This document shows positions 51,675 to 64,000 of a stretch of DNA of 64,000 bases, in pieces (positions within the stretch are counted from its first letter, which is position 1; each line of letters begins with the position of its first letter). A program made the translations under genes and the position numbers. Source of the DNA: Vicugna vicugna (Eukaryota); assembly GCA_013265495.1 (NCBI GenBank), contig MU058844.1, positions 2,831,520 to 2,895,519 of the forward strand, written 5' to 3'. The notes beneath the pieces were generated by a model that had not been told where the DNA came from, made no database searches, and saw only the letters and a list, made by a program, of their open reading frames with translations.

Positions 51675-51920
51675 AGGAGGTAGTATCATGTTAGTCTATC
51701 AGACTTCACTCTGTTGAATTTTAATTCTTGACCTGCCAGTCACCAACTGTGAGATCATAGTCGAATTAACCAGTCTTTCCTTACTTCAGTTTTATCATTT
51801 GTAAAGTAAGGATATTACAGTATCTACATAATGGGAATGTTTTAAGGATTAGTAATTTGGAATGTGGAATAGTACCTGACTCATAGGAAACAGTCCATGA
51901 GTGTTAGCTGTTTTATTACC
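51675..51920 (+). mobile_element. MIR SINE
   Basis: TTCAGTTTTATCATTTGTAAAGTAAGGATATTACAGTATCTACATA...AATAGTACCTGACTCATAG...GTTAGCTGTTTTATT. Confidence 0.75.
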
Positions 51921-54024
51921 ATCTCATTTCAATAAGCAGGCCATTTGTCAAGAGTATAGAAATATTTCTAATCACACTAAAATTTTGTGTAAGTTTTTAT
52001 TATTTTTATCTAAGATTTTACCTTCAATGTAGATTAGAATTTTCTCCTGAAATAAAAAGTTATATGAGAGTAGGGGGAACCATATGGTCTTGATGTTTAA
52101 ATTTTAGTAACGTAACTGAAGGAACAGAATTCCTGAATGTCTTTAAAATAGGCATTTGCACATGAGATATAAGCCAGAAACTCCAAAGACTAAGAGTATG
52201 CTCAAGAATGTGGGTCTTGCCCCAGAAGAGTATTTTGGAAGGAGTATTCCCTCATCAAACAAAAGTCATAATAATTTAGATTAAAATATTAATAAAAATT
52301 TATACCTTCATGAGCTTACAATCTAGTAAAAGATAAAGATGACTAAACACACCTTTATAACACTCTCAAGTGATGTAATTGAATATATAGGATTTTAGAA
52401 TATTTAAGCTTAAAGTTTCTCTTAATTACAAATAAGCCATGCTACCCATATTAAACAGTTTGACTGCTTGTTTTCATGATTATCTTCATTTTAGACTTTT
52501 GTTCACTAATGAATTTATCTTTCTGCCATCACTACCCGAGACCAAGCAAATGTGTTCCCTTCTACTCCCTTGATAAAGTTTTAGTGTCAAAAAAAAAAGG
52601 TTAATATAGTGGTTAATTTGCTCCTTTAAAGAAATTAAATACAGAAGGATTCAACAGTACTCAATATAAGTATATAACCCAGAGTTCCCCTACACGAGAC
52701 ATAATTAAGCCCATGTGTCCTTCTTACCAAATCAGTGCCCAGGAAGAGAAGAAATCCCAGCAGAGGACTGGTGTGAATTTAAATCAGATAAATGGCAAAT
52801 TCTACAACCCAAGATAGGGCTTGCTTTTAATTCAATCAAAGCACAGTGCCTTGCATTTTGACTGCCAAAGCGGAAAGTCAGAGAACTACAGTTAGGTCTT
52901 TGAAGGCTGCTGATAAAGTAAAGTGTCTTATCTGAGTCACTCCTCTGTGGTGTGTCGAAAGATTGAGGATGTTTCCCAAGGTGCTAAAGGATGTGGAAGT
53001 CATTCTCCCACCCACTAGGTGTGGGTGCTGTGCTGTATGGCTGATGCATCACCAGGTGAGGCTGGATTATGATGCAGCATAAGCAAAATTCCAATAATGT
53101 AGTTGCATGAGGTGGACCAAATTCATCTCCACGTCAGGATCACAGCATTCAATCGTGGCTCTTTCTGCATCCCAAGGGCTCAAATCAAAGGTGCTGGTAG
53201 AACGCAGGCATTAAGGATGGGAGGGTAGGAGTGTGGGGGAGAGAAGTAACTCTCTCCTTTTTATATTCATGGAGGGGTCTAGAAGAGAAATAGATGTGAA
53301 ATGAATTATACATCTCAACCTCCTGCACTCTTATCTGGAGTGAATAGACTACTCTGTCATACAGCTGCCTGAGGCTAATCCTCCACACTCCCACGGTCTT
53401 CTCAGTCTACTGCCTGAGTACTTTTGAAGCCAGGATTTAAAATCCTAAAAATAGAAGCAGGATTACTGGTTGCAAACTGCTGAAGAAGGGGTGGGGAGGG
53501 GTATGTACAGTAGCATGAGGAGGGATGAATGGGGAGAGGGAATGTCTGTATTTAAGAAAAATAGCAAACTCCAATCTAGGACAGCATTTGAAGAAATCTG
53601 ACTTCTCTTTTCCTGATTGTCAAAGATTTTGTGGATTTTCACAATTAGAAATTACATCCAGTCAGTTTGAATCTTTATTCATGAAAAGTCCTATTCTCTT
53701 CCACCAATTGACCTCTGTTTCACTGCTATGGCTGGCTTATGATGGCCATTCACTAATTCTTCTGGCTCACTTTTTGCCTGGGTTGACAGCCTTAGTCTGT
53801 CCACACTTCTAGGATTGTATGCACCATCAAGAGGGGTAATCACTGCCCTGCAGACAGGGTCTGGCAAGGCACCATGTGCTGGTTGAACAGGCAAGCCTAT
53901 ATACACTTGTATAGAAGGCTTTCTAGGTGAGCGCAGAGCAAAGCCTAATAGACATATTTTAATAATTATATTTGATACTAGATTTGGAACTGAGAGTGAA
54001 TGAGACTCTTACGGGTACCTGAAG

Positions 54025-54394
54025 TCTTAGGGCTTTCCACAGATATTTATTTCCACACTCCTGTCAGTTACCATTAGGATGTCACTGCCTCATCCTGATG
54101 AACTCAAGTACGGCCATGTGGTTTTCTTTGGCCAGTGAATGGATGTTATGAATGTCATTTCCAATCAGCAGCTTTAAGAGACACCATGCACATTATCACA
54201 TGCTCTCTTGCCTCTCCCACAATAAATGGCAGTGTTTCAGAAGACAGGCTGAATCACCAAGAAAAGGCAACAACAATGTGGGAACAGAGACCACCGTCAA
54301 CTCTCAGTGGCTAGCAATAAACCTTTGTTTTTAGTGAGTGATATTTGAGGGTTATTTGTTACTGCAACGCAAACCAGCCTATCCCAACTAATAC
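54025..54394 (+). mobile_element. MaLR LTR (MLT1I/J-like)
   Basis: GGCCATGTGGTTTTCTTTGGCCAGTGAA...GCTTTAAGAG...AATAAACCTTTGTT...TTTGTTACTGCAACGCAAACCAGCCTATCCCAACTAATACA. Confidence 0.8.
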
Positions 54395-56394
54395 ATACCA
54401 TACAATGTTTCTGGTTTACTAAGTTGTTAACTATTACAGCTTCCACTTTTTAATATATCTTTTAAGGAGACTTTTCATTGAATGTCTTCAGAGTAATTTT
54501 CCACATCTTTAAAACAAGGGAAATGAAAGTTAACTCTAAACTTAATGAAATCCTGGTAGAATAAGAAACAGAACTCAAAGCCCTAGCTGTCTAAGAGCTT
54601 CTATTATATGAATATTTTCATAGGAAAAAGGTTTTTACAACAAAATTAAGCACATCTTCCCTCCAGTTCTTTGCTAGGGCAAAGGTAAATTCAGTACACA
54701 CCAAGAGTTGGAAAATAAAGTGTATTCTTAGTTCATCAACAGTAGCCTAAAGAATATTATTAAACTGAGATAAACACAAAGGTTTTTGAAAACAGCAAAG
54801 GTAAACACATAGATACTTCCAGCTCTACCTTAATGAGACTGTACCACGAACAATTCGACACTCCCAGGTATTCTAATGTAACAACATCTTATTAGTATAT
54901 AATAATACTTCTTTTAATCTCAGTGGAGTTATTTCTCTAATAATTTCTCTTGTCATTAATTGAAATATTTTTATCCATTTGCAGTTTTTCTTCTGAGTCT
55001 ATTTTATTTTAAAACTTATCGTATTGCAGTTTCTTTCTCAGAGTTCCAATAAAGTAAAACAAAATGTCTTCTGTTCATTTGCCAGCTATGAATTAGAACT
55101 TGAGATTGGTAAATGGCAAATACGTCTGTTTCTCCAGAAACAAAAGACTGATTTCCGAATCCCCTTAAAAAGTTGCATGACTTAACTCCACCGCATTTGG
55201 GCTTTATTTATGTTAGTAAGTTAAGAATAACAACTCTTTACCTAATCAAATTCTCCTTAGCAATGGAGCCAAGGGTGATAAATATTATCTTCAGCATAGC
55301 AAAACTTTCTATCTATTGCTTGGGGTAGACATACCCTTAGAAATGCACAGAGAAAGATAAAGACTGGAGACTCTTTAGTGACACAGACTAGAGCCAGCTG
55401 TTTTGCAGTAGTTAAAACAAAATTGGAACCTGTGCACACCAGTTCCCTAGTCTCTGTGGAGCATATAGCCAAATATTTTATAACATGGACTTCTCTGTTT
55501 GTGGGTCCAAAGGCAACTGGCAAGACCTTACCACTTTTATCCATTTTTTTCAAGCTAAGATTACTACCAAAAAAGATAGAATCACAATTCTTAGCATTTT
55601 AAAACTTCTTTTCACATTTTTAAAGTATTGAATGCATTTCTCCTATGTGACCATCACTGTACTAATCTTTGAGAATCCAATGGTGAGTTGAACCTACATT
55701 GGCCCTGTCCTGAGGGAAAATACATTGTATTAGGACAATCAAATCAGCAACAATATAAAGGATGGTAATGGAGGGTATTCCAGAATGACAAGAATGTTAG
55801 TATAAGCACCTTTTCTAGTCCAAGAAAGAGCTCAGAGGCAGCGGGGGATGCAAGAAGAATTCTAACATATCACCACCAGAAGTGGAATTAGCCATGCAAA
55901 AACATGCAAGCGTATTTCAAGGTGTTGGAAGCTAAAGAAAGTACCCCTGAGCACAAAGTTTTGACCAGAATTTAGAAAAACTAAAGTGGGCCTGCACTGT
56001 GCACAAGAAAATTCTTGTCCCATTTTTGACTCCACAGCTCTAAAAGCACAGGAAACAAAGCCAAAGAATGGAGAGAAGGAAGCAGAAGACCATTGGGTCA
56101 GAAAGGAAAGGATCAGAAAGAATTGTGGAAACAATACAAAAATGCACTCGCCTAGTGTCAGGTGAGCTAGGCACTAGGTATTATAACTGTAAACCATAGC
56201 ACTGCCAATGTGCTTCCCCCTGTGATTAGCCTCTAGATGCATTAAGTCACTTAACTATCACTATACAGCTTTAAGATGGATATCATAGTATCACTTCTTC
56301 AGGATAAGTAGAATGAAGATTACACAGAGTAGATAAAGTTAGATCTTACTACCTTCCAATTCTGAGCTCCGAACCACTAGGCCACTGCCCATTT

Positions 56395-56530
56395 AAATTA
56401 GATTCACATGTATTTTTTTAGATGCCAATGTCGAGGCCCACCCCAAACCCACTAAATCAAATTCTCCAGACATGAGCGTTTTTTTAAGCTTTCCAGATGA
56501 CTGTAATGAGCAGCCAAAATTGAGACCCAG
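56395..56530. mobile_element. MER5A-like hAT MITE
   Basis: GGCCCACCCCAAACCCACTAAATCAAATTCTC...AAGCTTTCCAGATGACTGTAATGAGCAGCCAAAATTGAGACC. Confidence 0.7.
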
Positions 56531-58273
56531 TATGGCCTCTGCTCCTAAGCCACTAGATGACTTTAAAAATATATTAAAAAATTTCCACTCAGGCTCTTAT
56601 CAATAAAGCAAAGAACTAAGACTGCATTATTCCTGAGGTCCCTTCCAAGTCATTCTTCAGTTTTTTACAAAGAAATTTCTATTAAAACAAATATTTCCAA
56701 AAGACTTGAAAACCAGTAAGGGGATTTATGACCTAAGTAGGTCATTCATTACGTAGATCTCATTTTGTCAGTAGTCAGAATCTTGATGTATATTTTTGAT
56801 TCATCAAAATCAAAGTCTCCCAATATTACAAATAAATCCACTATTGGAATCCAGTAAGTGGGTGAGCTGATTACTCCAGCACTATCTTATGTGGTGAGTT
56901 AGAAAAGTTAGAAAGTCAGATCCAGTTAGTGATCTTAGATAGTATATAAGCCATTGCATTAAAAATTATGTATAATTGTGATGCTTATTATTTGTAGAAT
57001 CAGTATGCAGCCTATATGCTTTTTCTTCCCAGAGATCCCTCTAACATAGAGTTTTAGAGAGCTGCTGAATTGATACAGCTATGAAACAGAGCTGAATGTG
57101 TAAGAGAGAAACAGAAGCTGGAACCTAGTAATAAGAAAGGATCTGCTAAGATAAATAGAACATTTTTCCATATTTAGTGGAACAGTACCAAGAAGAAAAG
57201 AATGGGAAAAAGAGAGCAAATAAGCTACAGATAAGTAATACAGAACTCCATGTGGATTTATAATTTGCAAAACAATAAATTAATGCCTCTAGGGGAACTG
57301 ATTGGACCACGGGAGAGAGAAAGGACAAATAAAATTCTGGTTTTAAGAACTGAAGAAGAGACCAGACAAGCTGAGAGGAGTGCAGCACGATGCAATTTTT
57401 GTATTTTCAAAGTTGCTGCAAGCTTAAGAGCCATGCCATGGCACCGTGGTCAATTGCTTAATGATGGGGCAGAACTGTTCATTAAAAAATTCAGGCTCCT
57501 TTAGTGCTGATAAAACAATAGTTGAGCTTTTAGACATAATCAAATAGAATCTCACTAGTTAAAAAACAGCCACAGCAGTCCATGAGGCTTATTCATACAA
57601 AATGGGTCCAAAATTGACCTGGAATTTGGAGTTCTTGTACCTTAGTCATGGGCATCAGTGTTGAATCACTAATAAACAGCATCTGGTGTTTTGAATGTTT
57701 CCTGTGAGTGTTGCTTTCTCAGCCAGGGATCAAATATTGAAAGGCATTAAAGAGTCATGTTGCCATGTTGCTCATTACTTGAGCTCAAGGTTGTGAGCCA
57801 CTATACTTCCTGCTTCCTAAGCCACTGTATGTGCAGGTACAGAATAGGTGAGTCTGGCATGGAGCTTAGCTTACCTCACCTCATAGCAACTTTATAACTT
57901 GCCACCATGAGATTTGTCTACAGACATTTTCACCAACCCCTCAGGTTAACAAGCAAATAGAAGAGGCATGGGAAAGAAAATACATAAAAGTCATTAAAGT
58001 GAATGGGTAGAAAAAGGAGAGGAATATATATAGAGAGAGGAAGAGGAAGGAAAGGGGGAAGTAGAAAGGACATAGAAGTAAAAGGGAAGATGTGATAAGG
58101 GGTGATGAGATGCAAACAGCCCTGAGCTACATTTAGTTAAGAGTCTAGTTCAATTTGACAAATATTGTTGAGTACCAGTCAAGTAGAAGATGCTGTTCAA
58201 AGGCCTAGAGATAACAATATCTGAGATCCAATTCATTCTTTAAGGGGCTCACAGCCCCTTAAGGTAGGTAGAC

Positions 58274-58310
58274 GTATGTATGTGTATGTGTATGTATGTG
58301 TATATGTATA

Positions 58311-58358
<48 letters not shown>
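58274..58358. repeat. Compound (TATG)/(TG)/(TA)n microsatellite between L2 fragments
   Basis: Directly visible; flanks AAATATTGTTGAGTACC and AAACTATTTTTTGAGT are L2-like (minus strand). Confidence 0.9.
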
Positions 58359-59338
58359 TTCAAATACTCCATTAACAAACTATTTTTTGAGTAAGTACAA
58401 TATACCAGACATTATCCTAGGAGCTAGGCATGTGAAAATCAGTGTAATGTTACAAGTACCATACAAGCAGTAAGAATAAAACAGCCATGCAAACACAGAG
58501 AAAAGAGTGATGACTTCCATGATGAAGTCACAGAAGGCTTCAGAAAGTGTCAACATCACAGGCTTTGGGGCCAGTGTGGGTCTTATACTTATCAGCTGTG
58601 TGACTTTAAACACATTTCAAAATCACCATCACCCTCTACCATACTGTTAGAAGAAACAGATTTTTTGGTCCTATGATAATTCTAGTAATAGTGCATGTAC
58701 ATCTAAATTCACAATTATAACCGTTGGAAAAACAGTCCCTCTAACCCCACTACCCACAAGGGTGACTCAATCAGATTTTTCAAATTTAAGACAGCAGTTA
58801 AGACAATTTATGCTGATCGCATTTCTAGATAACCTGGGTTTAAGAATAAAGGAGCATGTAAAAGAAATTGAGTACCTGCTCTCTGCCCATCAACTACAGT
58901 GATTGACAGGCCAAGAGACATAATTAGGCTGGACAGGGTACCTTAATGGGCACTCTCATAGCTGTCCGCCCCCACACTACGGCACATTGAAATGAGTAAA
59001 TTCAAAATCCATCATTTCTTGCAGGCGTGGTGTGCTGAACCTGCTTAAATATTACCTAGCCTAAGTCTTTCCATTAACAAAATGGAAAATCGAGAGAAAA
59101 AAAAGTTGAATGATATTCCCAAATTACAGAACTCGTTTTTAAAGCACCTCCTGTAAGCAGTTGCCCAGCTCAGGAAAGAGAATGATCAGGTTTTGACAGA
59201 GGGTGGGAAATGGTGAGGTTTTACAGATCTGCGTATGTTTCTGTTTCGGGGGAAAAGGTGTGGTGATACTGAAGTAAGGAGGAGTGGAAAACGGTTTCTG
59301 AGGGAAAAAAGTAGCAGATGATGGGAGAATTAATTAGA

Positions 59339-59360
59339 CACACACACACACACACACACA
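59339..59360. repeat. (CA)11 microsatellite
   Basis: Directly visible. Confidence 0.95.
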
Positions 59361-61094
59361 GTTTTCAACATCCTAACCCACCTGTTCCTTTAATATTTTA
59401 AAGGAAATAGTCCAAAAGAAGTAACTCTTAGGCCCTATGTCTTTGAATGTAACAGGAAAGCAGCCCAATTTCTTCTATATGCCTGACATGTTGCCAGTTC
59501 ATGACTAAATAACTAATAAATAGCTGCAGACAGGTAAAGCTCAAGGGGCCTCGGAGGCACAGCTTGGATGTTTGTGTTAATAAGTCTAGTCTCAAAGTAG
59601 AACTGGCAATCTCAAAAGAAAATTGTTCTGGGCAATTCACATCCCCACCCATTGTTTTGCTAATCCTAGTCACCAGTTCATAATGCAAAACGGGATTTGG
59701 GTATATTAATCTATGTTTGTTGCATGTTTAAAAGAATAGCTAAATATGGCTCAGAATGCTGTACTTTATCTTACATGAGTTCAGTCAAATCATTGCTTCT
59801 AATCAACCAGCTTTTTAACAACACTAATATTAGAAAATTCTTTGTCAGTGCTCCTGTTTTGCTGTTATTAGCAACTTCTCACCTGTAGATCCTGGCTTAT
59901 TCTATACATGATGGCAGAAGAGAGAATCAAAAGAAAATTGAGGAATCTCAGTTCCACTGAGATTCAACATTAAGGTTGCAGTAACTCACCTGTTGGTTAA
60001 TATCGTTGTTCATTTCTCTCATCGTGTGATAATCAAATGTGTGTGTGTGTGTATGTGTTGGGAACTCAAGGTGAAGGAAAGAAAATATGCAGGTGGTAAT
60101 GGTAAAACTTAGAAGCAGTAGTTTGAAAGGTGTATCTCAAACCATAAAAGTGATAAAATTTGGCTACTTCTCACCCATTTCTAAATGGGTTGAATGAAGT
60201 ACAGAAACCTCAATGATTTTTCCAGCACAAAATAGACAAGTGAACTGATGAGAATTAATGCTTATTTCCTCCCGGATCATCAACCTCCTTTATATCTAAT
60301 GCTTTATCCATTTATAATTAACCAGCAGCTCTGGAAATGTTCTCAACTTACTTTTGCAAGTGTTTTATTATCTCAACTAGATGATAAGCTCCTCTAAGTC
60401 ATAGTCTATATCTGCTTTTGCTACTACTTATTACTACTTTATCTGTTTCCCCCATCCCCCCCCTGCCCCCTCCACCCCCCCCCCTCATTACCGCAAAGCA
60501 CCTAGGACATGGACAGAATCAATAAATAGTCATAGTTTGAGCCCAAGTTGTAGCATCTTTGCTGGTGTACCATATATATAAGGCCAAATCTTATTAAACT
60601 TTTGTGACTACAACTTTTTCCCGATTTTTATATTCAATTTTCTTGACTGTATGTCTTACAGTCTGAGAGTTTTTTAAATCCAAATTCTGCTGTCTCAGCA
60701 ACTAAGTCTTCTGATTAGCTCCAATCTTAGAAAGTACAATCCGAAAAATCTTGACCTTTCATTCCTAATTACCTTCTTTAAAAAACCCTAAATTTCTAAA
60801 TTTATTCTCTGTTTATCCCCAGCCTTAGAAAACTTTTATTATTGAGAATATAATGAAAAAGCATAGGACTAGGAGTAAGATGTCAGTTGGGTCTTGCTTC
60901 TGTCTATTCTTGGTGGTGTAATAACAATCTCAGTAAGCCCATGCCGTGCTCATGGTCTGATGGGTGAATTAGTAACTGTGTGAATAAATGCCACAATTTA
61001 TTAATCTACCTATGAGAGATCACATAATCTTTGGAAACTTGATTCCCTCATCTAAGTAACAAGAGTGCTATGATCTGTAATATTAAAATTAAGA

Positions 61095-61706
61095 GAAATA
61101 ATCCAAAGGAAACAAAACCATTATCTCAAAGAGAGATCTTTGTTCATCACAGCATTATTCACAACAGCCAAAATATAGAAACAATCTAAGCATCTGTCAA
61201 CAAAAGAATGGATAGAGAAAATGCAATGTATATATACAAGGGAATATTATTCAAGCTTAAAAAAAGAAGAAAATTTACAACAACATAGATGATCCTTTCC
61301 TAAGTGAAATAAGCCAGAAAGAGACAAACACTGCCTGGTAACACATATATAGAACTAAAAAAAAAAAAGTTGAACTCAGAAACAGACAGTGGAGAAGTTG
61401 TTGCCGGGGCCTGTGGGGTACAGGAAATAGGCAGAGGCACAAGTTTTCAGTTAGAGGGTGAATAAGGTCTGAGGATCTACTGTAGAGCTTGGTGACCACA
61501 GTTGTGTATTGAATAATTGATATTTGCTAAAAAATTAGAACTTAAATATTCTCAGTAACAACAAAAAAGATAAATATATGAGGTAATGGATGTGTTAAAG
61601 TTATCTAGTGGGGCTAATGTTTTAACAATGCATACATATACCATCAACATTATACACTTTAAATAGCTTATAATTGTATTTGTCAGTTAAACCTTAATTT
61701 AAAAAA
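61095..61706 (+). mobile_element. L1MA-type 3' end
   Basis: TGTTCATCACAGCATTATTCACAACAGCCAA...CTAAGTGAAATAAGCCAG...GAATAAGGTCTGAGGATCT...GTCAGTTAAACCTTAATTTAAAAAA. Confidence 0.88.
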
Positions 61707-61734
61707 GAACACATATTTTAAAAATTAAGAGAAA

Positions 61735-61955
61735 TATTGGGTACTTATACTGTACCAGTTATTTTAAAAAAGATACAGAGCTGCAAATATACAGATAATG
61801 AATAGATATAATTTAGTTGTTACAACAACCCACATTAACTGCATTTTACAGAGAAAGAAAACTGAAATTCACTAAAACTGTGTAACTGGCCCAAAGTCAG
61901 TGAGAAAGTGGCAGAACTGATTTTCAATCTCAGGTCTGTCTGTCTCCAGTTGACC
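61735..61955 (-). mobile_element. MIR SINE
   Basis: CATTTTACAGAGAAAGAAAACTGAA...GTAACTGGCCCAAAGTCA...AAGTGGCAGAACTG...CAGGTCTGTCTGTCTCCAG. Confidence 0.8.
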
Positions 61956-64000
61956 CCTACGTCACACTACTTTTATTTATTCTTCTAGTTCTTTATCTCT
62001 ATGTGAACTCCATCTTGCCAATCTGCACTTGATTTAGGTAAAGAATGCCCTAAATCTTTGTTATTTCAGATGCTTTTAAAGTGTCTTTAAAAAGAAAACA
62101 TGCCATTCAGAAGAGGTAGGGAAAGCTTCCTATAATTAACAGACCAAAGGAAGGATTGTGTTACAGGGCACACAGATAGGTATCTCAATTTCAAAAAAAG
62201 GAAAAAGTTACATTCCTTCTCAGTGTTCATTCATGGTAGGTAGGCATGTTGGGGGTCCCTTGCTGAATGACATTTAAAACTCTGCAAAGAGTTACACACT
62301 ATGTTTTAAGAAATGCCGACAGAGCCTTCTCTTTTCCTCTCCCCAGTTTACTGAAGGTTTAATTATTCTAATAGTCTGACATATATCAGGATTTACAAGT
62401 AATCTCTTAAGAGTGCCCTGCATCCATTTTGCTGTTCTCTGAAACTGCCCACTTCTGTCTGCTAAAACAGCCCAGCTCAGCAGCTTCATTTATTTTAATG
62501 CTTCTTTCAACCTGCAAACCAAAGGTTAGTGACAAGAGGGTAACTCAGCCTGCAGATTCCTTAATCTTTTCTGCCTGTGCCCAACAAAATGTGGCTTAAA
62601 AAAAAAAAGAGAGATGGCATTTTTTTCTACTCTTAAGAAAGGGCTCTATATGCCCCAGATAAAACATTACTATGATATCATCATCATTTTCCAGAGTCTG
62701 TTCCCCTAGTTTGCATGTTTTCCTTTAATCAAAATGAGTTGAGTAATGGAAGGGGACTTAATTCTGCTTCATTAAAGAGGTGATCTCATGCAAAACTATG
62801 AAAAATTCTTTAGAGTTTTCTATTAAAATCTATCATAAATGATAACAGTGTTCATAACCAAAAGCTTTGTGGTCAGTTATCAGGAAATTACCCTGAAGTA
62901 TAATCCTAGTTAACTAAAACAAAACTGTTCCCTGCTCAGGTCATCCCATCCCATTTGCCTCATTCTTAGCCCTCACCAGCTAGCTTCATTTTCCTTCTCC
63001 ATGAATGTTATTGTATTTAGATTCTTGGTGTTTGGGATGATGATCTAAGAACATTGCAAGATCAGAATCGTCAAGAAGATTCAAGTAGCATTTAATCACC
63101 ATACTTCCAATGACCAGAAAGCTAGAACTAATATATTTTAGAATGCCTCTTCAACAACAAAGCTTGAGATAAAATAGAGTCATAGAACTCCCTCTTAACC
63201 AGAAATCCAACTAACTAGAACAGTCTATTTACCAAGAAGTCTGGTTAATCCTATATTCTAGTGTATTTCATACTTGAGTTTACAAGGTCAGGAATATCCT
63301 GCTGTCCCCAAAGTTAATTTTGGGTTGATTCATGTATAAACAGGTATTACAGGAAAACCAGGCCAAGTGTTCCTGCCGAAAGTCGGTGGATTTTTATGGC
63401 TGTTCTTCCCCCATGGTGGGAGGCAGGAGGGGATGGAGGATAAAAAGAGGCATAAAGGCCTCTGGAGTCAAATGCCACGTTCTATCGAGGTTCAGTTCAC
63501 ACCACTCCACTTATTCAGCCTGACTTCATCATAGCAGAGAGCACAATGCCATGCGCCAGAGGTAAATATTCCCTCTTGCAGCTGTCAGACATTTTTGGTG
63601 GTTCACCAGCCTGACCTTCAAAATCCTGTTCACGACATTTATCTCCAGCCTTAAAGTTTAATGCCAGAGAAGTTAAACTGCGTAAGCATAGAAATAGAAA
63701 GCTCTTACATCAAAGTTCAAATTCTATTTAAAAAGACAAACAAACAAAACTTTGTCACTTAATTTTTAAATCCTGGCAGTGTGGGGGTGAGGGGAAGAGA
63801 AGGACAGAAAATGTGTTTTGTTTTGCTTTGTTATTTCATGACATCAAATTATAAAATTGAAAATTGAAGTTTAAGGTTGAAGTTAGGGCACTAAACAGCT
63901 ACAATAAATTTTTTTTCCAAAAAAATTATATAAGATTTAGTTTTTCCACATTGACCATTCCACATGAGGCATTTTTTTTCCTGTATGTGTTTTCCATTTA

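Noticed and set aside
55378..55460. Loose inverted repeat as a possible pre-miRNA
   Set aside because: Arms pair poorly and I recognise no known mature miRNA sequence.
36687..59991. Minus-strand consensus donors (CAG|GTRAG at about 36690, 37003, 38833 and 59987)
   Set aside because: No convincing paired acceptors or coding frames; a few such hits are expected by chance and one lies in an LTR.
1..64000. A novel multi-gene or prokaryote-type system
   Set aside because: No operon structure, long ORFs or codon-biased regions; the content is explained by mammalian repeats and non-coding DNA.

Overview
This is AT-rich, CpG-depleted mammalian genomic DNA, probably intergenic or deep intronic. It is most likely from a camelid (alpaca, llama or camel), judged from a tRNA-Ala-derived SINE of the camelid type and four near-identical young L1 3' ends. 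I find no convincing protein-coding gene, rRNA, true tRNA or CRISPR array; the supplied ORFs look like chance ORFs or repeat read-throughs. A large part of the window is interspersed repeat: L1, L2, MIR, MaLR/ERV LTRs, and Tigger and hAT MITEs. The most notable structures are (i) a nested stack of four LTRs at 25.8-27.7 kb with visible target-site duplications, including a MER41-like LTR carrying GAS and octamer motifs, (ii) an old L1 split by about 950 bp of composite foreign DNA, (iii) several non-repeat enhancer-like islands (29 kb, 44.2 kb, 52.8 kb, 58.9 kb), (iv) a few well-formed + strand exon candidates that may belong to a lncRNA, and (v) a perfect 37-bp tandem duplication. I see no evidence of a novel multi-gene system. 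Repeat family names come from my recollection of consensus sequences and boundaries are approximate unless TSDs or TIRs are quoted; confirm with RepeatMasker/Dfam.
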